Shown here: positions 20,611 to 31,130 of the stretch, piece after piece | How positions within the stretch are numbered: position 1 is the first letter of the stretch | Layout of the letters: each line of letters opens with the position of its first letter | Origin: Candidatus Bathyarchaeota archaeon | GTDB taxonomy: Archaea > Thermoproteota > Bathyarchaeia > Bathyarchaeales > Bathyarchaeaceae | NCBI GenBank assembly: GCA_963772765.1 | Contig: CAVYYP010000013.1 | Span: 186,059 to 250,058 of the forward strand | Direction of reading: 5' to 3' | Length of the DNA stretch: 64,000 nucleotides | Notes under the pieces: generated by a model | Databases searched by the model: none | The model's input: only the letters and a program-made list of their open reading frames with translations | What the model was told of the DNA's origin: nothing | Program-made: the position numbers and the translations under genes

Positions 20611-21954
20611 CTAGCTGGAAGATTCTTCGTCAACCTCTTTGATGACATCCCCGATAATCTCTAGACTTGAGTCCACTAGTTCTCGGGTGATTGTCAAAGG
20701 CGGAACAAGCCTAAGCGTGGAAACTCCACAGGTAACGATTGCTACTCCGCGCCTCCAGCAACGAATCATCACCTCTTTAGCCTGCTCAACACCAGTCTTC
20801 TTGGAATCTTTATCTTCCACAAACTCGACCCCAATCATGAGCCCCTTGCCGCGAACATCGCCTACAATATTTCGTTCTTCCTTGACGTCCTGCAGCCACT
20901 TCATGATATAGCTGCCCTGTTTCTCAGCGTTCTCAAGAAGCTTCTCTTCTTTAATCACATCAATAACAGACGAAGCAGCAGCACACGCCACTGGATTGCC
21001 ACCAAAAGTGCTAGCATGAGAACCAGCTTCCCAGTCCATTAGCCGCTCCTTAGACACAGTTGCACTCAAAGGCAGCCCAGAAGCCAAAGACTTTGCCGCA
21101 CAAACAATGTCAGGCTCAACATTCCAGTGTTCCATAGCAAACCATTTTCCAGTTCTTCCAATTCCAGACTGAACCTCATCTGCAATCATCAACAGTCCAT
21201 ACTTGTCGGCTAACTTTTTGAGTCTCTGGAAATAGTCTGGCGGAGGAACAACATAGCCGCCTTCACCCTGTATGGGCTCAAAAACAAAACCTGCAACCTC
21301 CTCTGGCGGCACATACTTTTGCAGAACTTGCTCATCAATGAAATCTACACACTTGTAGCTGCACTCAGGAAATGCTAAACCAAAAGGGCAACGATAACAG
21401 TAAGGATAGGGCACATGAGTTATTCCCGGAAGCAGTGGAAAGTAGTGGCGTCTTTGTGTTGGTTTGCTTGCAGTAAGAGAAGTAGCGCCAGATGTTCTTC
21501 CATGAAAAGCGCCAATAAATGCAATAAACTGGTGCTTACGAGTATGCCACTTGGAAAGTTTGATTGCAGTTTCTAGAGCCTCTGCTCCGCTGTTCCCAAA
21601 ATGGACCTTCTTCTTGAAAGTGCCAGGAGTTAAGGGGAATAGTTTCTCTGCAAGGTCCACTGTTTGCTGATAATAAAAGTCGGTGATGCCATAATGAAGG
21701 AATTTGTCGCATTGATTTTTTATTGCCTTGACAACCTTTGGGTGGTTGTGACCCACGTTTAGGCATGCTAACCCAGAGTTAAAATCGATGTACTCGTTTT
21801 CGTCTACATCCTTGACAATGCAGCCATGTCCAGAATCGACTACAAGAGGATAATAACGGGTATAAGATTGAGAAATAGCCACTGAATCTCGTTTGACTAT
21901 CTCTCTAGCCTTTGGACCAGGAGGACGAACAACAATCTTGGGATAATCAGACAA
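20611..21954 (-). CDS. Class III PLP aminotransferase (ornithine/4-aminobutyrate-type)
   Basis: FHGRT, EPIQGEGG, DEVQSGIGRTG and AKSL motifs. Confidence 0.92.
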   Translation of the reverse strand: MSDYPKIVVRPPGPKAREIVKRDSVAISQSYTRYYPLVVDSGHGCIVKDVDENEYIDFNSGLACLNVGHNHPKVVKAIKNQCDKFLHYGITDFYYQQTVDLAEKLFPLTPGTFKKKVHFGNSGAEALETAIKLSKWHTRKHQFIAFIGAFHGRTSGATSLTASKPTQRRHYFPLLPGITHVPYPYCYRCPFGLAFPECSYKCVDFIDEQVLQKYVPPEEVAGFVFEPIQGEGGYVVPPPDYFQRLKKLADKYGLLMIADEVQSGIGRTGKWFAMEHWNVEPDIVCAAKSLASGLPLSATVSKERLMDWEAGSHASTFGGNPVACAAASSVIDVIKEEKLLENAEKQGSYIMKWLQDVKEERNIVGDVRGKGLMIGVEFVEDKDSKKTGVEQAKEVMIRCWRRGVAIVTCGVSTLRLVPPLTITRELVDSSLEIIGDVIKEVDEESSS

Positions 21955-22060
21955 TCTTTTCACCAGCAACAATCCAGTAAGTTCCAATACTATTATACAT
22001 ATCTGAGCAAAGCTAAGCCAAGCCCAACTGCATACAGAATAAGCAAAAACAAGAAAAGAA

Positions 22061-22405
22061 CTAGCTTTCTTCTTCAGATTGCTTTGGTTTGGCTTTAGCG
22101 ACAGTTATCTCTATTGTTGACACATTCGATTTTTGGTCACTTTCTGCCCTGAAAAGCTCTTCAGTGCTTATGTCAACATTTTTTATCTCCAAATTTTTAA
22201 CAAAAGCGCGACGAAGCAACTCTACAGTATCAACAGCTCTGCTGATTGCGCGTCCTCGAGCCTTTACAACAACGTGTTTTTCGCCGCTGTTAAAGAATGT
22301 TATACATGCCGTAACATAGTTCATCACAGGTTTTTTGCCAATAAGAACAAAATTATCTGATTTGCTAGTTTCATCTTCGTCATTTCTAGTTGATTCATTA
22401 TCCAA
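22061..22405 (-). CDS. albA: Chromatin/RNA-binding protein Alba
   Basis: IGKKPVMNYV...KARGRAISRAVD...VSTIEI. Confidence 0.94.
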   Translation of the reverse strand: MDNESTRNDEDETSKSDNFVLIGKKPVMNYVTACITFFNSGEKHVVVKARGRAISRAVDTVELLRRAFVKNLEIKNVDISTEELFRAESDQKSNVSTIEITVAKAKPKQSEEES

Positions 22406-22698
22406 GTTTTATTACCTCATTATCTCCAAACAGCGCCGATTAGAATGAAATTAGATTGCCAGTATAGGCTCTTATATTTTTGCACCCAATTACTTTCAAG
22501 TCTGACAATCAACAACCTAGCAAACAACAAGATGAGCCAACTGCACAATGTTTTTCGAACTTTTAGATGCAATATAACAAAAAATGACCCAAAAAACGCG
22601 TTGTATAGAACAGATTTCCCTAAATACTTAAGAATGGCGAAAACTTGTATGTCTCACTTTAACATCAGTTACGTAAGATGCTGTTTGGAGGAAGTTTA

Positions 22699-23256
22699 TT
22701 GACCCTCAAAGAATTTAGATGGCATGGACGCGGCGGTCAAGGAGCTTGGACAGCAAGCGAGCTTTTGGCACGGGCTGCAATACATGAAGGAAAATATATC
22801 CAATCTTTTCCAGAGTTCGGACCTGAAAGGATGGGAGCACCCGTGAAAGCATACACACGCATCAGCGACGAGCCGATAAGACTTCATTGTGCAGTGTATA
22901 ACCCCAATCTTGCAATTGTTATGGATCCAACGCTTTTGGCAACTGTTCCTGTCACAGAAGGTTTAGGAAAAACTGGAATTCTCATATTGAATACACCCAA
23001 AGACCCAAAGACTATGAAAGAGGAGCTAAAAATGACAAAAGGAAACGTTTGGACAGTTCCTGCTACAGAAATAGCCATGAGGGTTCTTGGAAGAGCCATC
23101 ACTAACACAGCTATGCTGGGTGTGGTTACTCGGGCAACTGGAGTAGTGAAAATGGAAAGCGTAGATAAAGCTGTGCATGAACGTTTTCCAGAGCCACTTG
23201 CAGAAAAGAACATGGGTGTCATAAAGGAAGCTTACAAGGAGGCAAAACCTGAATGA
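22699..23256 (+). CDS. porG: Pyruvate/2-oxoacid:ferredoxin oxidoreductase gamma subunit
   Basis: RWHGRGGQG and FGPERMGAPV motifs. Confidence 0.9.
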   Translation: MTLKEFRWHGRGGQGAWTASELLARAAIHEGKYIQSFPEFGPERMGAPVKAYTRISDEPIRLHCAVYNPNLAIVMDPTLLATVPVTEGLGKTGILILNTPKDPKTMKEELKMTKGNVWTVPATEIAMRVLGRAITNTAMLGVVTRATGVVKMESVDKAVHERFPEPLAEKNMGVIKEAYKEAKPE

Positions 23257-23540
23257 GTCCAGAAGCAAAGAACTGGAAAGAAATTCCGCTTGGCGGTGCA
23301 TGCTGGAAGTCAAGCACAGAATACAAAACTGGAGACTGGCGATCATACAGACCCGTATGGGACACAGAAAAATGTACCCGATGCATGTTCTGCCACATTT
23401 ACTGCCCAGAAGGCGCAGTAAAACATGACACAGAAACTAACGAGATGGTTTTTGATTATGACTTCTGCAAGGGATGCGGAATATGCGCTAACGAGTGCCC
23501 AGCAAAAGCAATAGAGATGGTATTGGAAGAAAAGGAGTAA
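23253..23540 (+). CDS. porD: 2-oxoacid:ferredoxin oxidoreductase delta subunit (ferredoxin)
   Basis: KTGDWR and CKGCGICANECP motifs. Confidence 0.9.
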   Translation: MSPEAKNWKEIPLGGACWKSSTEYKTGDWRSYRPVWDTEKCTRCMFCHIYCPEGAVKHDTETNEMVFDYDFCKGCGICANECPAKAIEMVLEEKE

Positions 23541-23546
23541 AAGAGA

Positions 23547-24776
23547 ATGTCTAAAGTTGAACAAAAACTTGTACCCCTAAACGGAGACGAGGCAGTAGCC
23601 TTCGCAGTTAAACAATGTGACGTAGACGTAGTACCAGCATACCCAATTACACCCCAGACAATAATTGTAGAAAAATTCAGCGAATACGTCGCAGACGGAG
23701 AAGTAGAAACAGCCTTTGTATGTGTAGAATCCGAACACACGGCCATGGCTTGCAGCATCACAGCATCTGCAACTGGCGCCAGAACATTCACTGCAACAGC
23801 ATCTGCAGGTTTGGCTTTGATGCACGAAATGTTGGGCGTAGCATCTGGCTGTAGAGCACCAGTTGTAATGGCGGTCGCAAACAGGGCATTGTCAGCTCCA
23901 ATTAACATTCACTGTGACCACTCGGATGCTATGTGTGAAAGGGACATTGGCTGGATACAAATCTTCACTGAAAACAGTCAAGAAGCATATGATTCAATAA
24001 TTCAGGCATTCAAGATAGCTGAAAACTTGAATGTAATGCTTCCAACAATGGTCGGTCTGGACGGATTCGTTTTAAGCCACACATTAGAAAACGTAAGCAT
24101 ACTCCCAGATGAGGCAATCAAAAAGTTTGTGGGAACACGCCAAGTTCCACGAGTAATGAATCACGAAGGAGAACTTGTTCCTTTCAAACTTGACCCAGCA
24201 AACCCACTAACAATTGGACCATTAGACCTTCACGATTACTACTTTGAGCACAAGAGACAGCAAGAAGAAGCAATGAGAAAAGCCCTAGACGTAATCAAAC
24301 AAGTCCACAACGAATACGCAAAACTTAGCGGACGAAGCTACGGAAACGGCTTAGTTGAAGCCTACAGACTTGAAGATGCCGAAATAGCAGCAGTCTGTAT
24401 GGGCTCAACCGCAGGCACAGTAAAAACTGTCGTAGACGAACTGCGCGAAAAAGGAGTAAAAGCGGGATTGCTCAAAATAAGAACGTTTAGACCACTACCA
24501 GTGTCCGACATAATCAGCAATCTTGCAGGCAAGAAAGCAGTTGCAGTGATGGATCGTTCATGCAGTTTTGGCGGAGACGGAGGACCACTATTCCATGAAA
24601 TCCGACATGCAGTCTACGATTTGCGGAATAGACCAAAGCTGATTAATCGCGTTTATGGTCTGGGAGGAAGAGATATGCCTCCAAACCTGATCAATAACAT
24701 CTTCAGTGAACTTCAAAACATTGCACAGACTGGAAATGTTGATGAAACGGTTCAGTTTGTCGGAGTCAGGGAATGA
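23547..24776 (+). CDS. porA: 2-oxoacid:ferredoxin oxidoreductase alpha subunit
   Basis: YPITPQT, ESEH and NRALSAPINI motifs. Confidence 0.9.
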   Translation: MSKVEQKLVPLNGDEAVAFAVKQCDVDVVPAYPITPQTIIVEKFSEYVADGEVETAFVCVESEHTAMACSITASATGARTFTATASAGLALMHEMLGVASGCRAPVVMAVANRALSAPINIHCDHSDAMCERDIGWIQIFTENSQEAYDSIIQAFKIAENLNVMLPTMVGLDGFVLSHTLENVSILPDEAIKKFVGTRQVPRVMNHEGELVPFKLDPANPLTIGPLDLHDYYFEHKRQQEEAMRKALDVIKQVHNEYAKLSGRSYGNGLVEAYRLEDAEIAAVCMGSTAGTVKTVVDELREKGVKAGLLKIRTFRPLPVSDIISNLAGKKAVAVMDRSCSFGGDGGPLFHEIRHAVYDLRNRPKLINRVYGLGGRDMPPNLINNIFSELQNIAQTGNVDETVQFVGVRE

Positions 24777-24790
24777 ATGGGGTGAAAATA

Positions 24791-25750
24791 GTGTCGGAAT
24801 GGAAATTTACTAGTAAAGAATTTGCTCAAATTCCTGAAAAATTTGCATCTGGTCACAGAGCCTGTGCAGGTTGTGGTCCAGCAATTGTTCTTCGTTTGGT
24901 AATGAAGGCGGCAAGAGGACCAGTAATAGCCACTAACGCCACAGGATGCATGGAAGTAGTTTCAACAATCTACCCGTACACTGCATGGAAAGTACCATGG
25001 ATACACACTGCCTTCGAAACTGCAGCAGCAAACGCTTCTGGAATTGAGTCTGCTCTAAAGGTTCTAAGAAAGAAAGGAAAAATAAAAGATGAACATGTTG
25101 ACGTTGTTGCCTTCGCAGGTGACGGCGGAACATTCGACATTGGCTTTCAAGCACTTTCTGGAGCAGTAGAAAGAGGACACGACTTCCTTTACGTACTCTA
25201 CGATAACGAAGCATACATGAACACAGGAATACAGAGAAGCGGAGGCACCCCACACGGCGCATGGACAACCACATCACCAGCAGGAAAAGTCGTTCCAGGA
25301 AAAGCCGAACACAAAAAACCAATAGCAGACATCATGGTCGCCCACGAAATGCCATACGTAGCCACAGCAAACATAGCATACTGGAAAGACCTAGTAATCA
25401 AAGCAAGAAAAGGAATGGAAGTAAACGGACCAGCATTCCTACACACATTTGCTCCATGCCCAAGAGGATGGAGAAGCGAAAACGCAAAAACCGTCGAAAT
25501 AGCACGCCTAGCAACAGAAACGTGCGTCTTCCCACTATGGGAGGCAGAATACGACCAATACAAGCTCTCTGCACCAAGCAAAGTAATAGCGCTAAAGCCA
25601 GAAAGAAAGAAGCCAGTAGAAGTATACCTAAAGACACAAAGAAGATTCAGGCACCTATTCAAACCAGAAAACAAACATGTTCTGGAAGATATCCAAAACG
25701 AAGTTGACCGCCGCTGGAAAAAACTGCTAAAAGCATGCGAAATAGCATAA
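24791..25750 (+). CDS. porB: 2-oxoacid:ferredoxin oxidoreductase beta subunit
   Basis: GHRACAGCG and the TPP motif GDGG...DNEAYMNTG. Confidence 0.9.
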   Translation: MSEWKFTSKEFAQIPEKFASGHRACAGCGPAIVLRLVMKAARGPVIATNATGCMEVVSTIYPYTAWKVPWIHTAFETAAANASGIESALKVLRKKGKIKDEHVDVVAFAGDGGTFDIGFQALSGAVERGHDFLYVLYDNEAYMNTGIQRSGGTPHGAWTTTSPAGKVVPGKAEHKKPIADIMVAHEMPYVATANIAYWKDLVIKARKGMEVNGPAFLHTFAPCPRGWRSENAKTVEIARLATETCVFPLWEAEYDQYKLSAPSKVIALKPERKKPVEVYLKTQRRFRHLFKPENKHVLEDIQNEVDRRWKKLLKACEIA

Positions 25751-25764
25751 ATCCAAAAACGGTT

Positions 25765-25791
25765 GAGAAGGGCGATTTGCCTTCTCTTTTT
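25765..25791 (+). terminator. Hairpin plus T-tract after porB
   Basis: GAGAAGG-n8-CCTTCTC-TTTTT between convergent genes. Confidence 0.55.
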
Positions 25792-25819
25792 CTAATTCTT
25801 TAAAAAATAGGTTATTTTT

Positions 25820-26299
25820 TTAGCCGCCTGGCGCTCCGTGGAAGGGAACATTTTCCCATAGGACATCCCACCAGTCAGCGTCTGTTATGGTTTCTCCCTT
25901 AACCAGAATGTCTAAGACCTTCTTCAAGAGGGCATGATGCCTGATTTCGTCTGATAGTATGGCTTCTAAAAGGAGTTTAACTTTCTTGTTTGTAACAGAG
26001 GGAATGACATTTTTTAGTGTCTTGATTATCTGTGCTTCAAGTCGTATGTGCTTTTCCACAAGTTCTCTTTGTTTGTCAAGGTTTCCTTCTGTCAAAGCCT
26101 GAGGAACAGTCGTCATAAGGTCAATAGCTGAAGAATACATGTTGGCATGTTTTGTGGAATCCAAGGAAATTCCTTTCAGAACTCCTTTGACTGCCTCATT
26201 TTCTATGTCAGCTAAGCCTTCGGTTACTGAATCCACAATTTCTTTTTCGACTTTGATTTGATTTTTGAAAAGAGCAACTAGCTCATCGGTTGAACTCAA
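25820..26299 (-). CDS. Ferritin-like / rubrerythrin-family di-iron protein
   Basis: Paired helices with DSTKH and DEIRHH (ExxH-type) motifs. Confidence 0.8.
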   Translation of the reverse strand: MSSTDELVALFKNQIKVEKEIVDSVTEGLADIENEAVKGVLKGISLDSTKHANMYSSAIDLMTTVPQALTEGNLDKQRELVEKHIRLEAQIIKTLKNVIPSVTNKKVKLLLEAILSDEIRHHALLKKVLDILVKGETITDADWWDVLWENVPFHGAPGG

Positions 26300-26358
26300 A
26301 ACAATAACCCATAATGAGAAACAATAGCAACAAGCATAAGGGTTTCGGAAATTAAGCC

Positions 26359-28176
26359 CTAGAAGAGAAAGACCAATGCAATTAGAAGGATTGTGGCAAG
26401 AGGGAATAGTGTTATGGCTACTCGTTTGACGCGTTCTGTTGTTTTGTCAGCTAGAGCAGTTAATTCATGTATCTGATGCTCCCCAATTACCTCAATATCA
26501 GGAATAACTTCTGTTCGCCAAGACGCAGTAGCAGGCTCCATGTTTTTTATGGCAAGAGTTGTTGCCTTTTTTATGTATTCGATGAGTTTTTGGTGGTCTA
26601 TTGCTTCGCCGACAAGGTTGTAGCCCCGGGCGCTGCGAATCATACCACAAACTGAATGAGTGTCGGTAGTGAGAACTTCGCCGTCATCTATTCCCAATTC
26701 TTTTATTGACGAAAGAATCTTTTCCCGTAAACCTGATACCATGTTGTTTCCATCAATTGTCACATAAGCCGCCTTCTTGCTCTCAACCTCAGTAACAAGA
26801 ACAGTTATTCCTCCTGGACCCATTCCCTCCTGAAGAGTAAAATCAGTCACCACAGTAGAAGCCCCTACCGTGAAAGACGAAAACTTGCTATTCATAGCCT
26901 CTTTTAGACATGCCACAGAAGAGGCACTAAATGAGCTAACAGCAGCCCCTAAATCAAATTGACCACCCATACTGTTGTGGGCATCAATAGCCAATGCAGA
27001 AAGCCCCCGCTTTTTAGCTTCTTCAATAATAAATGCGTCCAGTTCTGGAGGAAGGTCTTCCATTGTTTTCGGAGCAGTAGTCAAGGTAAGAAATGCGGCG
27101 TCGCCAAAGACTTGACAACTGGTTTTGGCATCTCCTATTTCGGTCCGAAGCATAGGAGAGGCTTTTGAGTAACTGGAAGATGACCCCACAAACCCAACAA
27201 TACTATCTATTACTTTTTGATTTTGAGATTGAGAAGCAAGATCCACCTCGTGACCCACCAAGCCGTGAGGAACAGAAACAACGCAACCGTACTTGTCGTG
27301 AATAGCCTTCTGAAGCAAAGACGGAAAAAGACTGCTTCCAAGATTCTTGAATGGACCAGGATGCAGGGATGGAACCACAATTGCAGCTTTTAGTTTTTCG
27401 TTAGTTCTGAAAGTCAGCAAAGAAACATTGATGTCTTGAATGTTGCCAAGTTTTTCAAAAAATGTTTCCATAGGCGCAACAAGGTCTTCTGTCCAGTTGG
27501 CTAAAAATGCTTTAAACAGAACTGATGAAGCAATGCCGAGGCTTCCTGTGCCTACAGTATCCATGAAATACTTGAAGATAGCCACAACTACAATAGACGA
27601 GGAAACAGATACAGAAAGCAAGGACAAAAACTCCAGTTCAGGAACATAGCCAATGGCTGAGCCTATGGATGAGATCGAAACAAGAACAATTACAGGCTGC
27701 AATAATGCAGAGAAAAGGGCACTGATAAACCTAACAAATGAAGTGATTGATAGAACAAGTAGCCTCAGTATTAGGGAGCCACCGAATCCTAAGAAAAAGA
27801 ATTTAATCCAAAGCTCTGGAGCCCCAAGACTGCCACTTATTAAGCCGCCCAAAATAAGCACACCAAACCAGACAAGCGAAGAGAAGAACGATAGTGCTGA
27901 GCAGCGTCTCAAATTGAAAATTATGTCACGTTTCATTGAGGTGCGGCTGACAATAAGGTCTGAGACCATTGTCAAAAGAAAGAATAAACCGCCGAAAACC
28001 AAACCAACAACAAAGTTTTCCACAGACAAGCCCAAAGTCAATATTGACAGGACACCAGCATGCAAAGATAATACGGCAAGATAGACAGTGATCCTGTTTT
28101 GAGAGGGCAAACCAAACAGCTTAGAATACCGTTTTACAACCTTATCGATGTATTTATCTGTGGAATCGTCGGTCAA
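26359..28176 (-). CDS. DUF2070-family membrane protein
   Basis: N-terminal TM bundle; HPGPF, DAHN, DGNN and TTDTH motifs; C-terminal TM helix. Confidence 0.85.
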   Translation of the reverse strand: MTDDSTDKYIDKVVKRYSKLFGLPSQNRITVYLAVLSLHAGVLSILTLGLSVENFVVGLVFGGLFFLLTMVSDLIVSRTSMKRDIIFNLRRCSALSFFSSLVWFGVLILGGLISGSLGAPELWIKFFFLGFGGSLILRLLVLSITSFVRFISALFSALLQPVIVLVSISSIGSAIGYVPELEFLSLLSVSVSSSIVVVAIFKYFMDTVGTGSLGIASSVLFKAFLANWTEDLVAPMETFFEKLGNIQDINVSLLTFRTNEKLKAAIVVPSLHPGPFKNLGSSLFPSLLQKAIHDKYGCVVSVPHGLVGHEVDLASQSQNQKVIDSIVGFVGSSSSYSKASPMLRTEIGDAKTSCQVFGDAAFLTLTTAPKTMEDLPPELDAFIIEEAKKRGLSALAIDAHNSMGGQFDLGAAVSSFSASSVACLKEAMNSKFSSFTVGASTVVTDFTLQEGMGPGGITVLVTEVESKKAAYVTIDGNNMVSGLREKILSSIKELGIDDGEVLTTDTHSVCGMIRSARGYNLVGEAIDHQKLIEYIKKATTLAIKNMEPATASWRTEVIPDIEVIGEHQIHELTALADKTTERVKRVAITLFPLATILLIALVFLF

Positions 28177-28451
28177 GCTGATGCCTCTCCTTTAGGTTTA
28201 GGAAATCTCTCAAAAATATTAATGTATACTTCTGCAGCCCAAGGACATACTTAAATTTGCCGCGAAAACGGTTTTAGAGAACCAATTTTACATAAACACA
28301 CGTATATTTGGGAAATTTTATTGACATTTTTATGAAAAAACAACGCTAAAAAAGTCGCACTCACAGAACTGAAACCCCAGAAAGTATGTTTAAAATCATA
28401 ATTTTGGGGCGTAAAAGCTTTTATGGTGAATACAAATTAAATTGAAAGGCT

Positions 28452-28733
28452 ATGTCAAAAGCCGGAGCCCCTCCGCCATCTGTGTTCCAGATTATGGAGC
28501 GCAATGTTGGACGGAAAATAATTGCAATTTTAGACCCTTCCTACGGGTTTGAAGGCACGCTAGCTGCCATAACTAGGGAACCTCCAGGAATCTGGCTTTC
28601 TGACGCCGAAGTTGTCACATTAAGGTCTACCATAGCTCAGCCTGTGCCACAGATTGTAAGCAGAGAAAACAGAAGCGAAGTTTTCATTAACCTAAGTTCT
28701 GTTCAGCGAATAGAAGTTCTGCACGAAAAATAG
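28452..28733 (+). CDS. Divergent Sm/LSm-fold protein (putative)
   Basis: Helix plus VGRKI.A.L...FEGTL (Sm1-like), LSDAE, and EVFINLSSVQRI (Sm2-like). Confidence 0.6.
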   Translation: MSKAGAPPPSVFQIMERNVGRKIIAILDPSYGFEGTLAAITREPPGIWLSDAEVVTLRSTIAQPVPQIVSRENRSEVFINLSSVQRIEVLHEK

Positions 28734-28738
28734 AAAGA

Positions 28739-28915
28739 TTATACGAAAAATACTGTTGCCAAAAGGCTGCCTACGATTAGGGCAATCGCTATGATTACTG
28801 CTACTTCAGGTTTTACCTTGACGCCTCTAGTGTCCTCTTCAAAAAATCTTAGAAGCCCAGCGCCTTGAGCAGGCATGCGTGCTCCGTCTTTCCGTTTTTT
28901 CCTTCGGACACTCAT
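28739..28915 (-). CDS. secG: Preprotein translocase Sec61beta (archaeal SecG)
   Basis: Read manually: MSVRRKKRKDGARMPAQGAGLLRFFEEDTRGVKVKPEVAVIIAIALIVGSLLATVFFV*. Confidence 0.93.
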   Translation of the reverse strand: MSVRRKKRKDGARMPAQGAGLLRFFEEDTRGVKVKPEVAVIIAIALIVGSLLATVFFV

Positions 28916-29133
28916 TTTCGATCATTCATACAATTTCATGAGAAGTTAATTAAAGTTACGTATCCCCAGTGTGACAGAGGCTATGTATTTCATTTGAATA
29001 TTACTCGTTTGGTTAATGTCAACAAACTGCTAGCGTAGTAAATTATACTTTAAGGTATAGAATTATACGCAGAAGCTTTAAATATTGCTCTGTAGTCTAT
29101 GAAGATTCCTTGGAGAGATGAAAATGAGGGATA

Positions 29134-30543
29134 GTGTTTGGCATCTACAAACCATATGCGCCCAAAGCGCAAATTACTGAGCAACTAAAAATTAAAGAAA
29201 TATCCTTCAACAAACCGCCTCTCGAAGTCTTCTCGAAACTCTACAACCATTACGAAAATGCATACATTCTCGAGTCAATCGAAGGTCCAAAGAAACTGTC
29301 ACAGTATTCGTTTATAGGATTCAACCCAGAACTAACAATCACAATCAAGAACGGAGAAGCAGTTACCCACAACCTGCGAACAGAAGACAAAGACAGAGAA
29401 AAAACTGACGAGCCCTTATCTGTAGTAGCAAAAACACTCCAAAACAGACCCGGATTTATGGAGCAAAGATTCGTCGGCGGAGCAGTTGGATACATATCAT
29501 ATGACGCAGTCAGATGTTGGGAAAAAATTCCCAAAAATTCTCTTGACGACCAAAAGTTTCCCGACATCAAAGTCGGAATATTTGACGACGGCATCATTTA
29601 CGACCACAGAAGCAGACAAGCATTCTACTACTACATACATCAGAACAGGCTGGAAGAAATAAACAAAAGAATACAAGAACAGGACAGCAACGAAACAATA
29701 ACCCAAAAGCAGCTTAAAGTGAACATGTCCAAAGACCGCTTCGAAGATGCAGTGCGGAAAGCAAAAGAATACGTTAAAGCTGGAGATATTTTTCAGGTTG
29801 TTTTGTCCAAACGTTACGATTTCCAAATAGAAGGCAATTTGATAGGGTTTTATCGGAATCTCAGAAAAATAAACCCATCACCCTACATGTATTTCCTAAA
29901 ATCGGGTGAACACCAGATAATCGGATCAAGCCCAGAAATGCTAGTAAGAGTCGAAAACAGAAGAGTGGAAACTTTTCCAATAGCAGGCACAAGACCCCAC
30001 CTAAAAGACCCAGAAGAAAACAAGAAGCTAACACAAGAATTGCTGGCAGACCCAAAAGAACGAGCCGAACACGTGATGCTTGTAGACCTTGGCAGAAATG
30101 ACATCGGAAAAGTATCAAAATACGGAAGCGTTCATCTCCCAGAATTCATGAAAGTACACCAGTATAGCCATGTGCAGCACATAGTTTCGCGGGTTGTAGG
30201 CAACCTCAGAGACGAATACGACACTTATGACGCATTAAAAGCTGTTTTTCCTGCAGGCACAGTTTCAGGAGCCCCAAAAGTCAGGGCAATGGAAATAATC
30301 GAAGAACTGGAACCCACAAGAAGAGGACCATACGCAGGAGCCGTAGGCTACTTCTCACACAACGGCAACGCAGACTTTGCCATAACAATCAGAACACTTG
30401 TAGCCAACGGAGAAAAGGCTCACATACAGGTGGGAGCGGGAATAGTTGCAGATTCTGACCCAGAAAAGGAATGGTTCGAAACAGAGCACAAAGCCCGTGC
30501 ATTAATCAAGGCATTAGAAATGTCAGGAAGTGAAAACAAATGA
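29134..30543 (+). CDS. trpE: Anthranilate synthase component I
   Basis: [19 protein letters not shown] and GTVSGAPK motifs. Confidence 0.95.
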   Translation: MFGIYKPYAPKAQITEQLKIKEISFNKPPLEVFSKLYNHYENAYILESIEGPKKLSQYSFIGFNPELTITIKNGEAVTHNLRTEDKDREKTDEPLSVVAKTLQNRPGFMEQRFVGGAVGYISYDAVRCWEKIPKNSLDDQKFPDIKVGIFDDGIIYDHRSRQAFYYYIHQNRLEEINKRIQEQDSNETITQKQLKVNMSKDRFEDAVRKAKEYVKAGDIFQVVLSKRYDFQIEGNLIGFYRNLRKINPSPYMYFLKSGEHQIIGSSPEMLVRVENRRVETFPIAGTRPHLKDPEENKKLTQELLADPKERAEHVMLVDLGRNDIGKVSKYGSVHLPEFMKVHQYSHVQHIVSRVVGNLRDEYDTYDALKAVFPAGTVSGAPKVRAMEIIEELEPTRRGPYAGAVGYFSHNGNADFAITIRTLVANGEKAHIQVGAGIVADSDPEKEWFETEHKARALIKALEMSGSENK

Positions 30544-31130
30544 AAGTGCTAGTTATCGACAACTATGACTCCTTCGTCTACAATCTTGTTCAGTACATTG
30601 GAGAGCTTGGAGGAAACCCCACAGTATACAGAAATGACCAGTTAACACTACAACAAGCCATGAAACTGGACTCAGAAAGGATAGTTATTTCTCCAGGACC
30701 CGGAACACCAGAAGACCCTCACTACTTTGGAGTATGCTCCAAAGTCTTGCAGGAAATGAGCAGCAAAATTCCCACGCTGGGAGTTTGTCTTGGAAATCAG
30801 GGAATAATTTCTGTTTTTGGCGGAAAAGTTGTTCGTGCAAATAATCTGATGCATGGAAAAACAAGCATAATAAAGCATGATGGAAAAGGCATCTTTGAAG
30901 GCGTTAAGAACCCTTTCACTGCAACCCGCTATCACTCTCTTGTTGGAGACAAAGCAACAATCCCAGCATGCATCGAAGTGAGCGCCCAATCAACAGATGA
31001 TGAAGAAATTATGGCAGTTCGTCACAAAAAATACCCAATTACGGGCGTGCAGTTCCACCCAGAATCCATACTGTGTGAAGATGGAAAAAGGATTATTAAA
31101 AATTTTCTTGAAGGAAAGAACCAAAAATGA
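30540..31130 (+). CDS. trpG: Anthranilate synthase component II (glutamine amidotransferase)
   Basis: IDNYDSF, GVCLG and QFHPES motifs. Confidence 0.95.
   Translation: MKVLVIDNYDSFVYNLVQYIGELGGNPTVYRNDQLTLQQAMKLDSERIVISPGPGTPEDPHYFGVCSKVLQEMSSKIPTLGVCLGNQGIISVFGGKVVRANNLMHGKTSIIKHDGKGIFEGVKNPFTATRYHSLVGDKATIPACIEVSAQSTDDEEIMAVRHKKYPITGVQFHPESILCEDGKRIIKNFLEGKNQK

Noticed and set aside
20611-21954. Class III aminotransferase as the EctB partner of the EctA-like gene
   Set aside because: It lies 4 kb away on the opposite strand, outside the islet, and resembles the widespread archaeal ornithine/GABA aminotransferase type.
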